Shown here: one piece after another, positions 46,774 to 55,213 of the stretch
How the letters are laid out: the number at the start of each line of letters is the position of its first letter
Position numbering within the stretch: position 1 is the first letter of the stretch
Source: Bdellovibrionales bacterium
Lineage (GTDB): Bacteria; Bdellovibrionota; Bdellovibrionia; Bdellovibrionales; JAMPXM01
Assembly (NCBI GenBank): GCA_043739185.1
Contig: JAYUEN010000286.1
Coordinates: 39,604-103,603 of the forward strand
Reading direction: 5' to 3'
Length of the DNA stretch: 64,000 nt
Position numbers and translations under genes: made by a program
The notes under the pieces: generated by a model
What the model was told of the DNA's origin: nothing
The model's database searches: none
What the model saw: only the letters and a program-made list of their open reading frames with translations

Positions 46774-47769
46774 GTGTCCCTACTTGAAGTTAAAAATTTG
46801 AAAACTCAATTTCGTACCGACGACGGAAGTTTTCTTGCCGTTGACGATATTTCATTCTCGCTTGAAAAAGGCAAAACCCTAGGGATCGTAGGCGAAAGTG
46901 GCTGCGGTAAATCTGTGACTTCACTGTCTATCATGCGCCTCATCCCCAATCCCCCCGGAAATATTGTGGGTGGAGAAATTCTTTTTAACGGAAAGAATCT
47001 TTTAAAACTATCAGAAGAAGAAATGCGAAAAATCCGCGGCAATGAAATTGCTATGATTTTTCAAGAGCCCATGACCTCGCTCAATCCGGTTTTTACTTGC
47101 GGCTATCAAATTGCAGAAGCCATTGCTCTTCACCAAAAGGGCATGAATTCGAAACAAGTCAGAGAAAAAACCATAGATATGCTGAAACTCGTTGGCATTC
47201 CCGAACCAGATAAGAGAGTTGATGAATATCCCCATCAACTCTCAGGTGGAATGCGCCAAAGAGTCATGATCGCAATGGCGCTTTCGTGCAACCCCAGCCT
47301 GCTGATTGCCGATGAACCAACGACGGCTCTGGATGTGACTATTCAAGCTCAAATTTTAGAACTCATTCGAAAATTGCAGCGCGAATTCAATGCCTCAATG
47401 ATTCTCATTACTCATGATCTGGGAGTGGTGGCAGAGACCTGCGATTATGTGGCCGTGATGTATGCCGGGCGCATTGTTGAATATGGAACGGCTGAAGATA
47501 TTTTTTATCGCCCTCGACATCGCTATACAAAGGGTCTTCTCGATTCAATTCCACATTTTGAAACTGGTCATCGCAGAGAGCGCCTTGAAACTATAAAAGG
47601 TTTGGTACCCAGTCTTTTGAATATTCCAAAGGGTTGTCGCTTCAATGATCGCTGCAATTTCGCGCAAGAGGATTGTAAGTCTAAGGATCCAGAATTGAAA
47701 ACGATTGAAGGAATGCATTTGGCTGCTTGTTTTCATCCCGTGCCAAGCACTGCAGATAAAAACAGATAA
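46774..47769 (+). CDS. Peptide ABC ATPase (OppD/DppD)
   Basis: [31 protein letters not shown]-terminal Cys cluster. Confidence 0.95.
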   Translation: MSLLEVKNLKTQFRTDDGSFLAVDDISFSLEKGKTLGIVGESGCGKSVTSLSIMRLIPNPPGNIVGGEILFNGKNLLKLSEEEMRKIRGNEIAMIFQEPMTSLNPVFTCGYQIAEAIALHQKGMNSKQVREKTIDMLKLVGIPEPDKRVDEYPHQLSGGMRQRVMIAMALSCNPSLLIADEPTTALDVTIQAQILELIRKLQREFNASMILITHDLGVVAETCDYVAVMYAGRIVEYGTAEDIFYRPRHRYTKGLLDSIPHFETGHRRERLETIKGLVPSLLNIPKGCRFNDRCNFAQEDCKSKDPELKTIEGMHLAACFHPVPSTADKNR

Positions 47770-47776
47770 GGTATAT

Positions 47777-48784
47777 ATGGAAAAAGCATTTTTAAAAGTA
47801 GAAGATCTTACCAAAAATTTTCCCATCAAAGGTGGATTCTTTTCTCGCGAAGTTGCAAGCGTTAAGGCTGTTCAGGGAGTCAATCTTGAAATCAAAAGAG
47901 GTGAGACGCTTGGGCTAGTCGGCGAAAGCGGCTGCGGAAAATCGACCCTTGGTCGCTGTATCATTCGCCTCATTGAGTCTTCCTCAGGAAAAATATTTCT
48001 CGAAGGCCAAGACATTACAACTTTGAAGGGCGAGGAGCTCCGAACTTTGCGCCGAAAAATGCAAATTATTTTTCAAGATCCGTATGCCAGTTTAAATCCG
48101 CGCATGACGGTTGGCTCGATCATCGGTGAACCACTCATCATACATAATCTTTTTAATTCAAAAGGCGACCGCCAAAATCGCGTCAAAGAACTTTTGCAAA
48201 CCGTAGGCCTGCGTCCTGAACACATCAATCGTTATCCGCATGAGTTTTCAGGAGGGCAAAGACAGCGTATCGGTATTGCGAGGGCCCTTGCTGTTGAACC
48301 GCAATTTATTGTCTGCGATGAGCCCGTATCGGCTCTGGATGTTTCGATTCAAGCGCAAGTTATTAATTTGCTCATGGATCTTCAACAAAAGTTGGGACTG
48401 ACTTATTTGTTTATTGCCCATGATTTGAAAGTGGTTGAGCATATTTCAAATCGCGTAGCAGTTATGTATCTTGGTAAAGTAGTTGAGCTCGCCGATGCTG
48501 AAGAGCTTTATCGTCATCCACAACATCCTTATACAAAAGCATTGTTATCTGCTATTCCGGTACCTGATCCACATAAGAAAGACCAAAGAATTATTTTAAC
48601 TGGCGATGTTCCAAGCCCAATTAATCCTCCAAGCGGTTGCCATTTTCATCCTCGTTGTCCGTCAGCGGTAGCTGACTGTAAGGTGAGTCGACCATTTCTT
48701 AAAGAGACTCGTAAAGAACACGAGACATCATGTTTGTTGGTTCCTGCGATGACAGACTCACCAGGCAAAGCTCTGCATCCTTAG
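47777..48784 (+). CDS. Peptide ABC ATPase (OppF/DppF)
   Basis: [38 protein letters not shown]. Confidence 0.95.
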   Translation: MEKAFLKVEDLTKNFPIKGGFFSREVASVKAVQGVNLEIKRGETLGLVGESGCGKSTLGRCIIRLIESSSGKIFLEGQDITTLKGEELRTLRRKMQIIFQDPYASLNPRMTVGSIIGEPLIIHNLFNSKGDRQNRVKELLQTVGLRPEHINRYPHEFSGGQRQRIGIARALAVEPQFIVCDEPVSALDVSIQAQVINLLMDLQQKLGLTYLFIAHDLKVVEHISNRVAVMYLGKVVELADAEELYRHPQHPYTKALLSAIPVPDPHKKDQRIILTGDVPSPINPPSGCHFHPRCPSAVADCKVSRPFLKETRKEHETSCLLVPAMTDSPGKALHP

Positions 48785-48791
48785 TATGGGC

Positions 48792-49283
48792 TTATTCGTT
48801 GAGCTTTAAGAGTGTGGCGACGGTTTTTTTGATCTTTTCCATATCAATTGGTTTTTTAATGTAGTCGTCAGCACCTGCTTCAAAGCCACGCTTCACATCT
48901 AAATCCCCAACCTTAGCACTTACGAAAATCAAAGGGATATTCTTGAGATATTCATGCTCTTTCAAGAGCTTTGCCAATTCAATTCCGTTGATCCACGGGA
49001 GGCCGATATCCAAGACAATTAAATCGATTGGAGAATCGTCAAGAACTGTCGAGAGCTGAGTACCATCCGCCGCAGTTTTAACGCGATAATTTTCAGTTTC
49101 GAAAATTCTCTTAAATGCAGCTCTCATGGTCTCATCATCTTCAATTACCAAAATGCATTTTTGATTATGCTTTTGCTTTAGATCACGAAAATCTTTAAGT
49201 GGAACAATGTCCTCTTTTCGCATTTTCTCTTTTGCGAGTCTTTCAATTTTGGCAACCAGATCTCTGGTATTTAATTTCGACAT
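48792..49283 (-). CDS. Response regulator receiver protein with basic N-terminal extension
   Basis: LVIEDD, IVLDIGLP, VSA, GADDYIKKP. Confidence 0.9.
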   Translation of the reverse strand: MSKLNTRDLVAKIERLAKEKMRKEDIVPLKDFRDLKQKHNQKCILVIEDDETMRAAFKRIFETENYRVKTAADGTQLSTVLDDSPIDLIVLDIGLPWINGIELAKLLKEHEYLKNIPLIFVSAKVGDLDVKRGFEAGADDYIKKPIDMEKIKKTVATLLKLNE

Positions 49284-49292
49284 ATGTCTCCT

Positions 49293-50231
49293 CTATTCGC
49301 CATGAGCTTCTAGCCAACGTTCTGCATCGATTGCAGCCATACAACCTGATCCTGCTGCGGTAACTGCTTGCCGATAGACATGATCCTTACAATCTCCGCA
49401 AGCAAAAATGCCATCGACATTTGTATAACTCGAATCCGGCTTGGTTTTTATGTAGCCGGTTTCATTGGTATGTATAAAATCTTTGAAAATTTCGGTATTG
49501 GGTTTGTGTCCTATGGCTATAAAAATTCCGCCCATTGGCTTTACAAACTCTTTGCCGGTTTTAATATTTTTAATTCGTAGACTTTCGACAAATTGATTGC
49601 CGATTACTTCGGTCACTTCAGAGTCCCACATCGGTTCAATTTTGGGATTTTTGAGTGTTCGCTCCACCATAATTTTAGAGGCTCGAAATGCATCGCGACG
49701 ATGAATGACATATACTTTAGAGGCAAACCTGGTTAAGAAATTGGCTTCTTCCATTGCGGTATCGCCGCCACCAACAATAGCCACCTCTACATTGCGAAAA
49801 AATGCGCCGTCGCAAGTCGCACAAGCTGAAACTCCCTTGGACATGAATTTCTTTTCAGACTCTAAACCTAAATATTTTGCACTGGCACCAGTTGAGATAA
49901 TGACTGTTGCTGCTTGATAAAGATCTTTGCCAACCCAAACCTTAAATGGACGTTTTGTAAAATCAACTTTCGTTACATTTTTGGTGATGAATCTGGTTCC
50001 GAAACGCTCCGCTTGAGCTCTAAAATCAGCCATGAGCTCAGGGCCAGTGATTGCTTTCGGAAATCCCGGATAATTTTCGACGTCATTCGTAATCATCAGT
50101 TGCCCGCCAGCTTCTTCACCTTCAATCATCAAGGGTTTAAGTAAGGCGCGAGAGCTATAAATCGCAGCTGTAAGACCTGCTGGGCCTGACCCAATAATCA
50201 ATACTTTTTCAATTTGATCAGAAGTCGACAT
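49293..50231 (-). CDS. trxB: Thioredoxin-disulfide reductase
   Basis: GSGPAG, GVSACATCDG, GGGDTAMEEA, YRQAVTAAGSGC. Confidence 0.97.
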   Translation of the reverse strand: MSTSDQIEKVLIIGSGPAGLTAAIYSSRALLKPLMIEGEEAGGQLMITNDVENYPGFPKAITGPELMADFRAQAERFGTRFITKNVTKVDFTKRPFKVWVGKDLYQAATVIISTGASAKYLGLESEKKFMSKGVSACATCDGAFFRNVEVAIVGGGDTAMEEANFLTRFASKVYVIHRRDAFRASKIMVERTLKNPKIEPMWDSEVTEVIGNQFVESLRIKNIKTGKEFVKPMGGIFIAIGHKPNTEIFKDFIHTNETGYIKTKPDSSYTNVDGIFACGDCKDHVYRQAVTAAGSGCMAAIDAERWLEAHGE

Positions 50232-50310
50232 TTAAAATCCTCTCCAAAACTGAGATTTGTCCTTCAAATATAGTTTACGCAAGCCTCACTTAGAATACAA
50301 AAGTTCTATT

Positions 50311-50961
50311 TTATAAAATTATTTTGTGGCGCGCGGCTTTCGAGTCGAGAACCCATTCACAAAATTGGGTAGCGACTTTGGCAGGGTCTAGCAATGTATT
50401 CGACTTTCGAGGCCGGGAGTTCTTCGGAAGCAAACCGGTATCCATATATCCTGGACTAAATAATCTCAGATCGAAATTTTTTGCCTCTGGCTGCAGGTTT
50501 TCAACGAGTGCCTTCAAAGCGTGCTTCGCACTCGAATAACTTGCTGCATTTTCGTCTGTTTTGGATTCGGCAATGGCAGAACCTGTCACCACCAATTGCA
50601 AAAAGCCGGCGTCCTTCGGCTTCATAAAACTATGAATCAACTTGGCCGGAAATAAAAAGTTAACTTGATAAGCCCATTCATGATCTCGCCAGTTTTTTTC
50701 AGCATACAAACCATATGGACCGCCCCCAACAAAATAAAAAATTCGAGTCGGCGAGAACTTCTTTGCCTTTTCAATCGCCAGATCTTGATCGACAGCTCGA
50801 CTAAGGTCGATATCCAATTTCAATTCCGAGCCTGCTTTTTTTGAAGCGTTTCGAGAAATAAGCAAAACTTCTGCATCTGAAATTTGCGCCGCAACTGCCG
50901 ACCCGAGACCGCGAGTCGCTCCAAAAATAATGATCCGTTCATTTTGAAAGCTGTATTTCAT
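50311..50961 (-). CDS. Short-chain dehydrogenase/reductase-like protein
   Basis: GATRGLG, YSSAK (YxxxK), SPGYMDT. Confidence 0.85.
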   Translation of the reverse strand: MKYSFQNERIIIFGATRGLGSAVAAQISDAEVLLISRNASKKAGSELKLDIDLSRAVDQDLAIEKAKKFSPTRIFYFVGGGPYGLYAEKNWRDHEWAYQVNFLFPAKLIHSFMKPKDAGFLQLVVTGSAIAESKTDENAASYSSAKHALKALVENLQPEAKNFDLRLFSPGYMDTGLLPKNSRPRKSNTLLDPAKVATQFCEWVLDSKAARHKIIL

Positions 50962-50988
50962 TTATTCACTTTAGGCTAAAGTAGATGA
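50962..50988. promoter_or_regulatory. Symmetric bidirectional promoter with two back-to-back -10 hexamers
   Basis: CAT-N6-ACTTTA-GGC-TAAAGT-N6-ATG: TAAAGT sits 6 nt before the ATG on each strand. Confidence 0.6.
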
Positions 50989-51273
50989 ATGGTCACTATT
51001 CACTTTTTAAAACGCGCCAGCATTCAAGTTGAAAAGGGCAGTTTATTAATGAAGGTACTACTTGAAAATGGCATCCCAGTTGCGAGCTCTTGCAATGGTG
51101 ATGGCGTTTGCCGCAAATGTGTTATTTTGATTGTGAAAGGCTGTGAAAATCTCGCGCCGCCCAATGAGCACGAAGCACACCTAATCGATCGCGATCAGTT
51201 GTCACTGAACCAAAGGATTAGCTGTCAGACTATAGTACTTGGGGATATCACAGTCGACGCAGCTTATTGGTAA
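50989..51273 (+). CDS. 2Fe-2S ferredoxin
   Basis: SCNGDGVCRKC...RISCQ. Confidence 0.9.
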   Translation: MVTIHFLKRASIQVEKGSLLMKVLLENGIPVASSCNGDGVCRKCVILIVKGCENLAPPNEHEAHLIDRDQLSLNQRISCQTIVLGDITVDAAYW

Positions 51274-51281
51274 GGGTGCTC

Positions 51282-51974
51282 TTACTTCTGAAGACGGCAA
51301 TAAAAAATTGGCTGTGCTTTGTTGAGAAAAATCTTTTCAAAATGAGTTATAAAATTCTCCGCGGCCCATTCACTTTTATGCAAATCGCGGGTGAGGCGAA
51401 GGATTTTATATTGAGACTGTAAAAATTTTTCTTCTGCCCAATCAAAGTACTCTAGCGAGTCTGTTTTAAAATCGACATAACTCCCTGGTTTTTGGAGCGC
51501 AAAAAGATCATTTAGAAATTGATCTTGAATGAGCCGATGCTTCCAATCGCGACGCCTTGGCCAAGGATCAGGATGATGAATATAAACATTATCAAGTTCA
51601 TTTGACGTGAAAAGCTCCTTGAGTAAATTGGCATCAAAACGAGTGATACAAACATTTTGGCAACCCGCGCGCAGGGCTCTTCGGATCGATTGCACAAGTG
51701 GTTTGAATTTCAATTCAATGCCGATGAGCAATCGATCGGGATGTTTTTGTGCCAAATGAGAAAAGTGGTTGCCGTTTCCGGTGCCAATTTCAAGGTCTAA
51801 AGCATGCGCTTGATGGCCCCCTGAAGAGATTTTTAAGAAAGCTAATTCACGCCACTTTCCCTTAAGGAGTGGCGCTTCAGCCTCGTCAAAAGCGATACCT
51901 TTAAACTCTTGATAAAGTTTTTCAACATAAATATTGGGATGACCCTTGGCTTCTTTTTCAAAATTCTTCGACAT
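51282..51974 (-). CDS. trmB: tRNA (guanine-N7)-methyltransferase
   Basis: LEIGTGNG, GIELK, HPDPWPRRRD..HRL, FKTD, THFE. Confidence 0.93.
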   Translation of the reverse strand: MSKNFEKEAKGHPNIYVEKLYQEFKGIAFDEAEAPLLKGKWRELAFLKISSGGHQAHALDLEIGTGNGNHFSHLAQKHPDRLLIGIELKFKPLVQSIRRALRAGCQNVCITRFDANLLKELFTSNELDNVYIHHPDPWPRRRDWKHRLIQDQFLNDLFALQKPGSYVDFKTDSLEYFDWAEEKFLQSQYKILRLTRDLHKSEWAAENFITHFEKIFLNKAQPIFYCRLQK

Positions 51975-51988
51975 TCTCGTTCCTAGGT

Positions 51989-53005
51989 TTAAATCAAATC
52001 GCCACTACGTCGAAAAATTTCAGGCTCTTCTGGACTCACCAAATCTTCGAGGGTGGTCTCAAGCTTTTTTTCAAATGCCTCTCTGCGAATTGGACATTCC
52101 GCCACATCACAAACGCTGCAGTAGGCACGGCGGCAAGGATCCATATGCAAATGAAGCTCTCCATCATACGGATATTTTGCGATCATACGCATTTCAAATT
52201 CTTGAGTTTTGCGATGGGCCTCTAATACATTCCAAAATTCTGGAACGACTGCATGGGCATCAATATGATGATAGCTTCCTGAGCGCATGATGCGACAGTG
52301 GTGAACTTGAATGATCCCTGGGTGATCATCTTTCGAAATGATTTCTTTTAAACTTGTAAGAATTTCTTTGTCTTCGGCATCTAACAATCCACTGACCGAC
52401 TGCCTCACCAAATCGACGCCGGTTTTGGCCAAAAATCCTGCTACAATCAATGCGCAGAGTGGATCAATCCAATTGATTTTAAAAAGTAAAACCAGCCCGA
52501 TGCTGACAACAACTCCGAGCGTCGTCCAAAAATCTGAAAGTACGTGAAGACCGCTGGCGCGCAGAGTGATCGACTTTGAGCTCTTAGCCACTTTTAGCAA
52601 ATAAGCTCCTAAGGCCAAATTTGCAAGAGTCGCGACCACCATCAATCCGATCCCTTGATCCAACTGATGAATCTCAGAACCCCTTACAATACTGCGAATG
52701 GCTTCTACGCCGACAACGACCGCAGCCACGGAAATCATACCGCCTTCAAAGGCACTCGAAAAATATTCAATTTTGCCATGCCCGTAAGGGTGATCTTGAT
52801 CTGCCGGTTTTGCAGAAATATGAACCACCCAAATACTGATCATGGCAGTTCCGACATTGATTATACTTTCAACGGCATCTGAAAAAATAGCTTGAGAATG
52901 AGTCAAATAGTAAGCCCAAAACTTAACCAACAATACGAAAATGCTCACTATTAAATAATAGTAACTAGCAGTTTTTTGAAAGCTTAAATTGGTTGATTTC
53001 GACAT
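51989..53005 (-). CDS. Cation diffusion facilitator (FieF-like) with Cys-rich C-terminus
   Basis: SDAVES, PADQDHPYGHGKIEY, HVLSD, tail HMDPCRRAYCSVCDVAEC. Confidence 0.92.
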   Translation of the reverse strand: MSKSTNLSFQKTASYYYLIVSIFVLLVKFWAYYLTHSQAIFSDAVESIINVGTAMISIWVVHISAKPADQDHPYGHGKIEYFSSAFEGGMISVAAVVVGVEAIRSIVRGSEIHQLDQGIGLMVVATLANLALGAYLLKVAKSSKSITLRASGLHVLSDFWTTLGVVVSIGLVLLFKINWIDPLCALIVAGFLAKTGVDLVRQSVSGLLDAEDKEILTSLKEIISKDDHPGIIQVHHCRIMRSGSYHHIDAHAVVPEFWNVLEAHRKTQEFEMRMIAKYPYDGELHLHMDPCRRAYCSVCDVAECPIRREAFEKKLETTLEDLVSPEEPEIFRRSGDLI

Positions 53006-53014
53006 GAAGGCACC

Positions 53015-53983
53015 TTAGCCCTCTTGAAGTTCACTGTCACTCTGCTTTGAAACATCGAAAACTTTTACACAATTTTTACCGCCTCGTTTGGCCGCGTAGA
53101 GAGCATGGTCAGCCTTGCGAACAAGATCTTGTGCGGTACACGCCTCGGTAGAGCTGGTGTCGCCGATTGCCACACCGATGCTTGCAGTCAAACGATGTGA
53201 ATATTCACCATAATTAAAATCAATGCCTTCTATCGACTTACGCAAGCGTTCTGCGAAAATCATCGCTCCTTCGGCCCCGGTTTCAGTCAACACCACTAAG
53301 AATTCGTCGCCGCCATACCTTGCTGCAAAATCAATTTGTCTTATATTTTCTCGAATGATTAATCCGACTTGAGAGAGCACTTTGCTTCCAAATAGATGGT
53401 CGAATTGGTCGTTTACACATTTAAAATTATCGAGGTCCATCATAACCAGAGCAACTTTTCGCCCATACCTTCGAACTCGCACAAGTTCGGCTTCAATTCG
53501 CGAGTAAATACTGCGCATATTATAAAGACCGGTAAGATCATCGACATCAACCAATTCGAGAAGCTTTTTATTGGCGACCGCAAGCTTGTCAGTCAGATCT
53601 TTGATACGCAATTGGGCGCGAACCCGCGCCAACATCTCCATGGGTTCAAATGGCTTACAAATATAATCATCTGCGCCAGCATCTAAGCCCGAAATGACAT
53701 CTGAAGTTTCATTTCTAGCACTTATAAAGATAACGGACACATAGTTCTCTCGGCCGCTCACATTCTTTAAAACCTCAAAGCCGTCGATGCCACTCATATT
53801 GATATCAAGAAGAATCAAATCTGGCCATTGCATGGCAATTTTCTTTAGCGCCTCTTCACCGCTCGTAGCAAAATCTACTCGATAGGATTCAAAGCGAAGC
53901 AATTGAGTCAGTATTTTAATATTATCTAGATCATCATCGACTACTAGGATTTGGCGTGCACTTGGTGGTATTTCTATCTGCAT
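53015..53983 (-). CDS. REC-GGDEF dinucleotide cyclase with Hypr (Ser) signature
   Basis: Receiver VVDDD...LLDINM...KP. DLDNFKCVND-QFDHLFGS, RQID I-site, RYGGDEF. Confidence 0.92.
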   Translation of the reverse strand: MQIEIPPSARQILVVDDDLDNIKILTQLLRFESYRVDFATSGEEALKKIAMQWPDLILLDINMSGIDGFEVLKNVSGRENYVSVIFISARNETSDVISGLDAGADDYICKPFEPMEMLARVRAQLRIKDLTDKLAVANKKLLELVDVDDLTGLYNMRSIYSRIEAELVRVRRYGRKVALVMMDLDNFKCVNDQFDHLFGSKVLSQVGLIIRENIRQIDFAARYGGDEFLVVLTETGAEGAMIFAERLRKSIEGIDFNYGEYSHRLTASIGVAIGDTSSTEACTAQDLVRKADHALYAAKRGGKNCVKVFDVSKQSDSELQEG

Positions 53984-54199
53984 CTGTTTAGTTTAAGAAA
54001 CACTTCATATGCTTGTGGAGGCCAGTTTGTGAAAAATGTGAACCAATTGTTCCCCAATAATATTCAGGACCTTGGACCTGCGTCAATGTGATTGCATTCG
54101 TGGTTTTACCAGTTAAAATTTGATTTCAGTCCTAGCGTTGGTCGCAGAGTCAGGCATGGTCCAACATTTCAAATATTTGTTAAAATTCAGGAGTTTAAA

Positions 54200-55213
54200 T
54201 TGCCTCTCCATACCAAGATGCATAATCACTCGCTCCGCGCGGTCATTGCGGCAATCACCGCCAATTTCTTCGTTACCATCGCAAAGTTTATCGGTTGGTA
54301 TCTCAGCTTTTCTCCATCTATGCTTGCAGAGGCGATTCATTCACTCGCCGATACTCTAAATCAAATTTTACTATTTGTTGGAATTCAACATGGCTCAGGT
54401 AAGCCCACAAGGCGCTATCCTTGGGGAAAGGGTCAAGCCAGATATATTTGGAATTTGGTTTCGGCCATGGGAATATTTTTTGTGGGATTTGGTTTTACCA
54501 CTTACCATGGCATTCAATCTATCCTCTACCCACAAATTACCAATTCAAATGGTTCTTTTGAAATACCAATTATTATTTTGTGTTTTTCATTAATGGCAGA
54601 AGGTTATTCTCTAATGGTGGCTGTGCACTCAATAAATGAAACTCGCGGCGAACAATCATTTACGCAGTTCATTTTTAATGGAGATGACCCAACTTCGGTT
54701 GCCATCATGCTTGAAGATTCAATTGCCGTCTTGGGCGTGCTCTTTGCTTTTGTGGGAATTTGGTTTTCACAAAAATATCACACCCATGTGCCCGATGCCA
54801 TTGCGGCCACAATTATAGGATGTCTTCTTGGGATTATGGCAATAATCTTAGCGGTCGCCAACGGACGAATCTTAATGGGCGTATCTGCCAGCATTGACTG
54901 GGAGACCAGTATTCGAGAGTTCGTTGAAAGCTACCCTTCTGTCGAACATGTGGCCAGCCTTAAAACTGCAGTTCTTTCTCCGGGTCGCGTGAGACTTTCA
55001 ATTGAAGTCGAATTTCACGGGGGTATTTTGATCAATCGCCAACAGATTGAAAAGGATGCCGAGCAAATTCGTCGCGGCGATGATCCCACATATATACTGG
55101 TTGAAACTGCCGAGAGAATGGTAAGAACCGTCGGCAGAGAAATCAACAAACTCGAAGCTGATATCCACAAAGAGTTTCCCGAAATCGTGATGATTGATTT
55201 AGAAGTGAACTAA
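54200..55213 (+). CDS. Cation diffusion facilitator (second, divergent subfamily)
   Basis: AGGAG SD before TTG 54200 (alternative ATG 54218). MLAEAIHSLADTLNQ, YPWGKG, MLEDSIA. Confidence 0.88.
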   Translation: MPLHTKMHNHSLRAVIAAITANFFVTIAKFIGWYLSFSPSMLAEAIHSLADTLNQILLFVGIQHGSGKPTRRYPWGKGQARYIWNLVSAMGIFFVGFGFTTYHGIQSILYPQITNSNGSFEIPIIILCFSLMAEGYSLMVAVHSINETRGEQSFTQFIFNGDDPTSVAIMLEDSIAVLGVLFAFVGIWFSQKYHTHVPDAIAATIIGCLLGIMAIILAVANGRILMGVSASIDWETSIREFVESYPSVEHVASLKTAVLSPGRVRLSIEVEFHGGILINRQQIEKDAEQIRRGDDPTYILVETAERMVRTVGREINKLEADIHKEFPEIVMIDLEVN

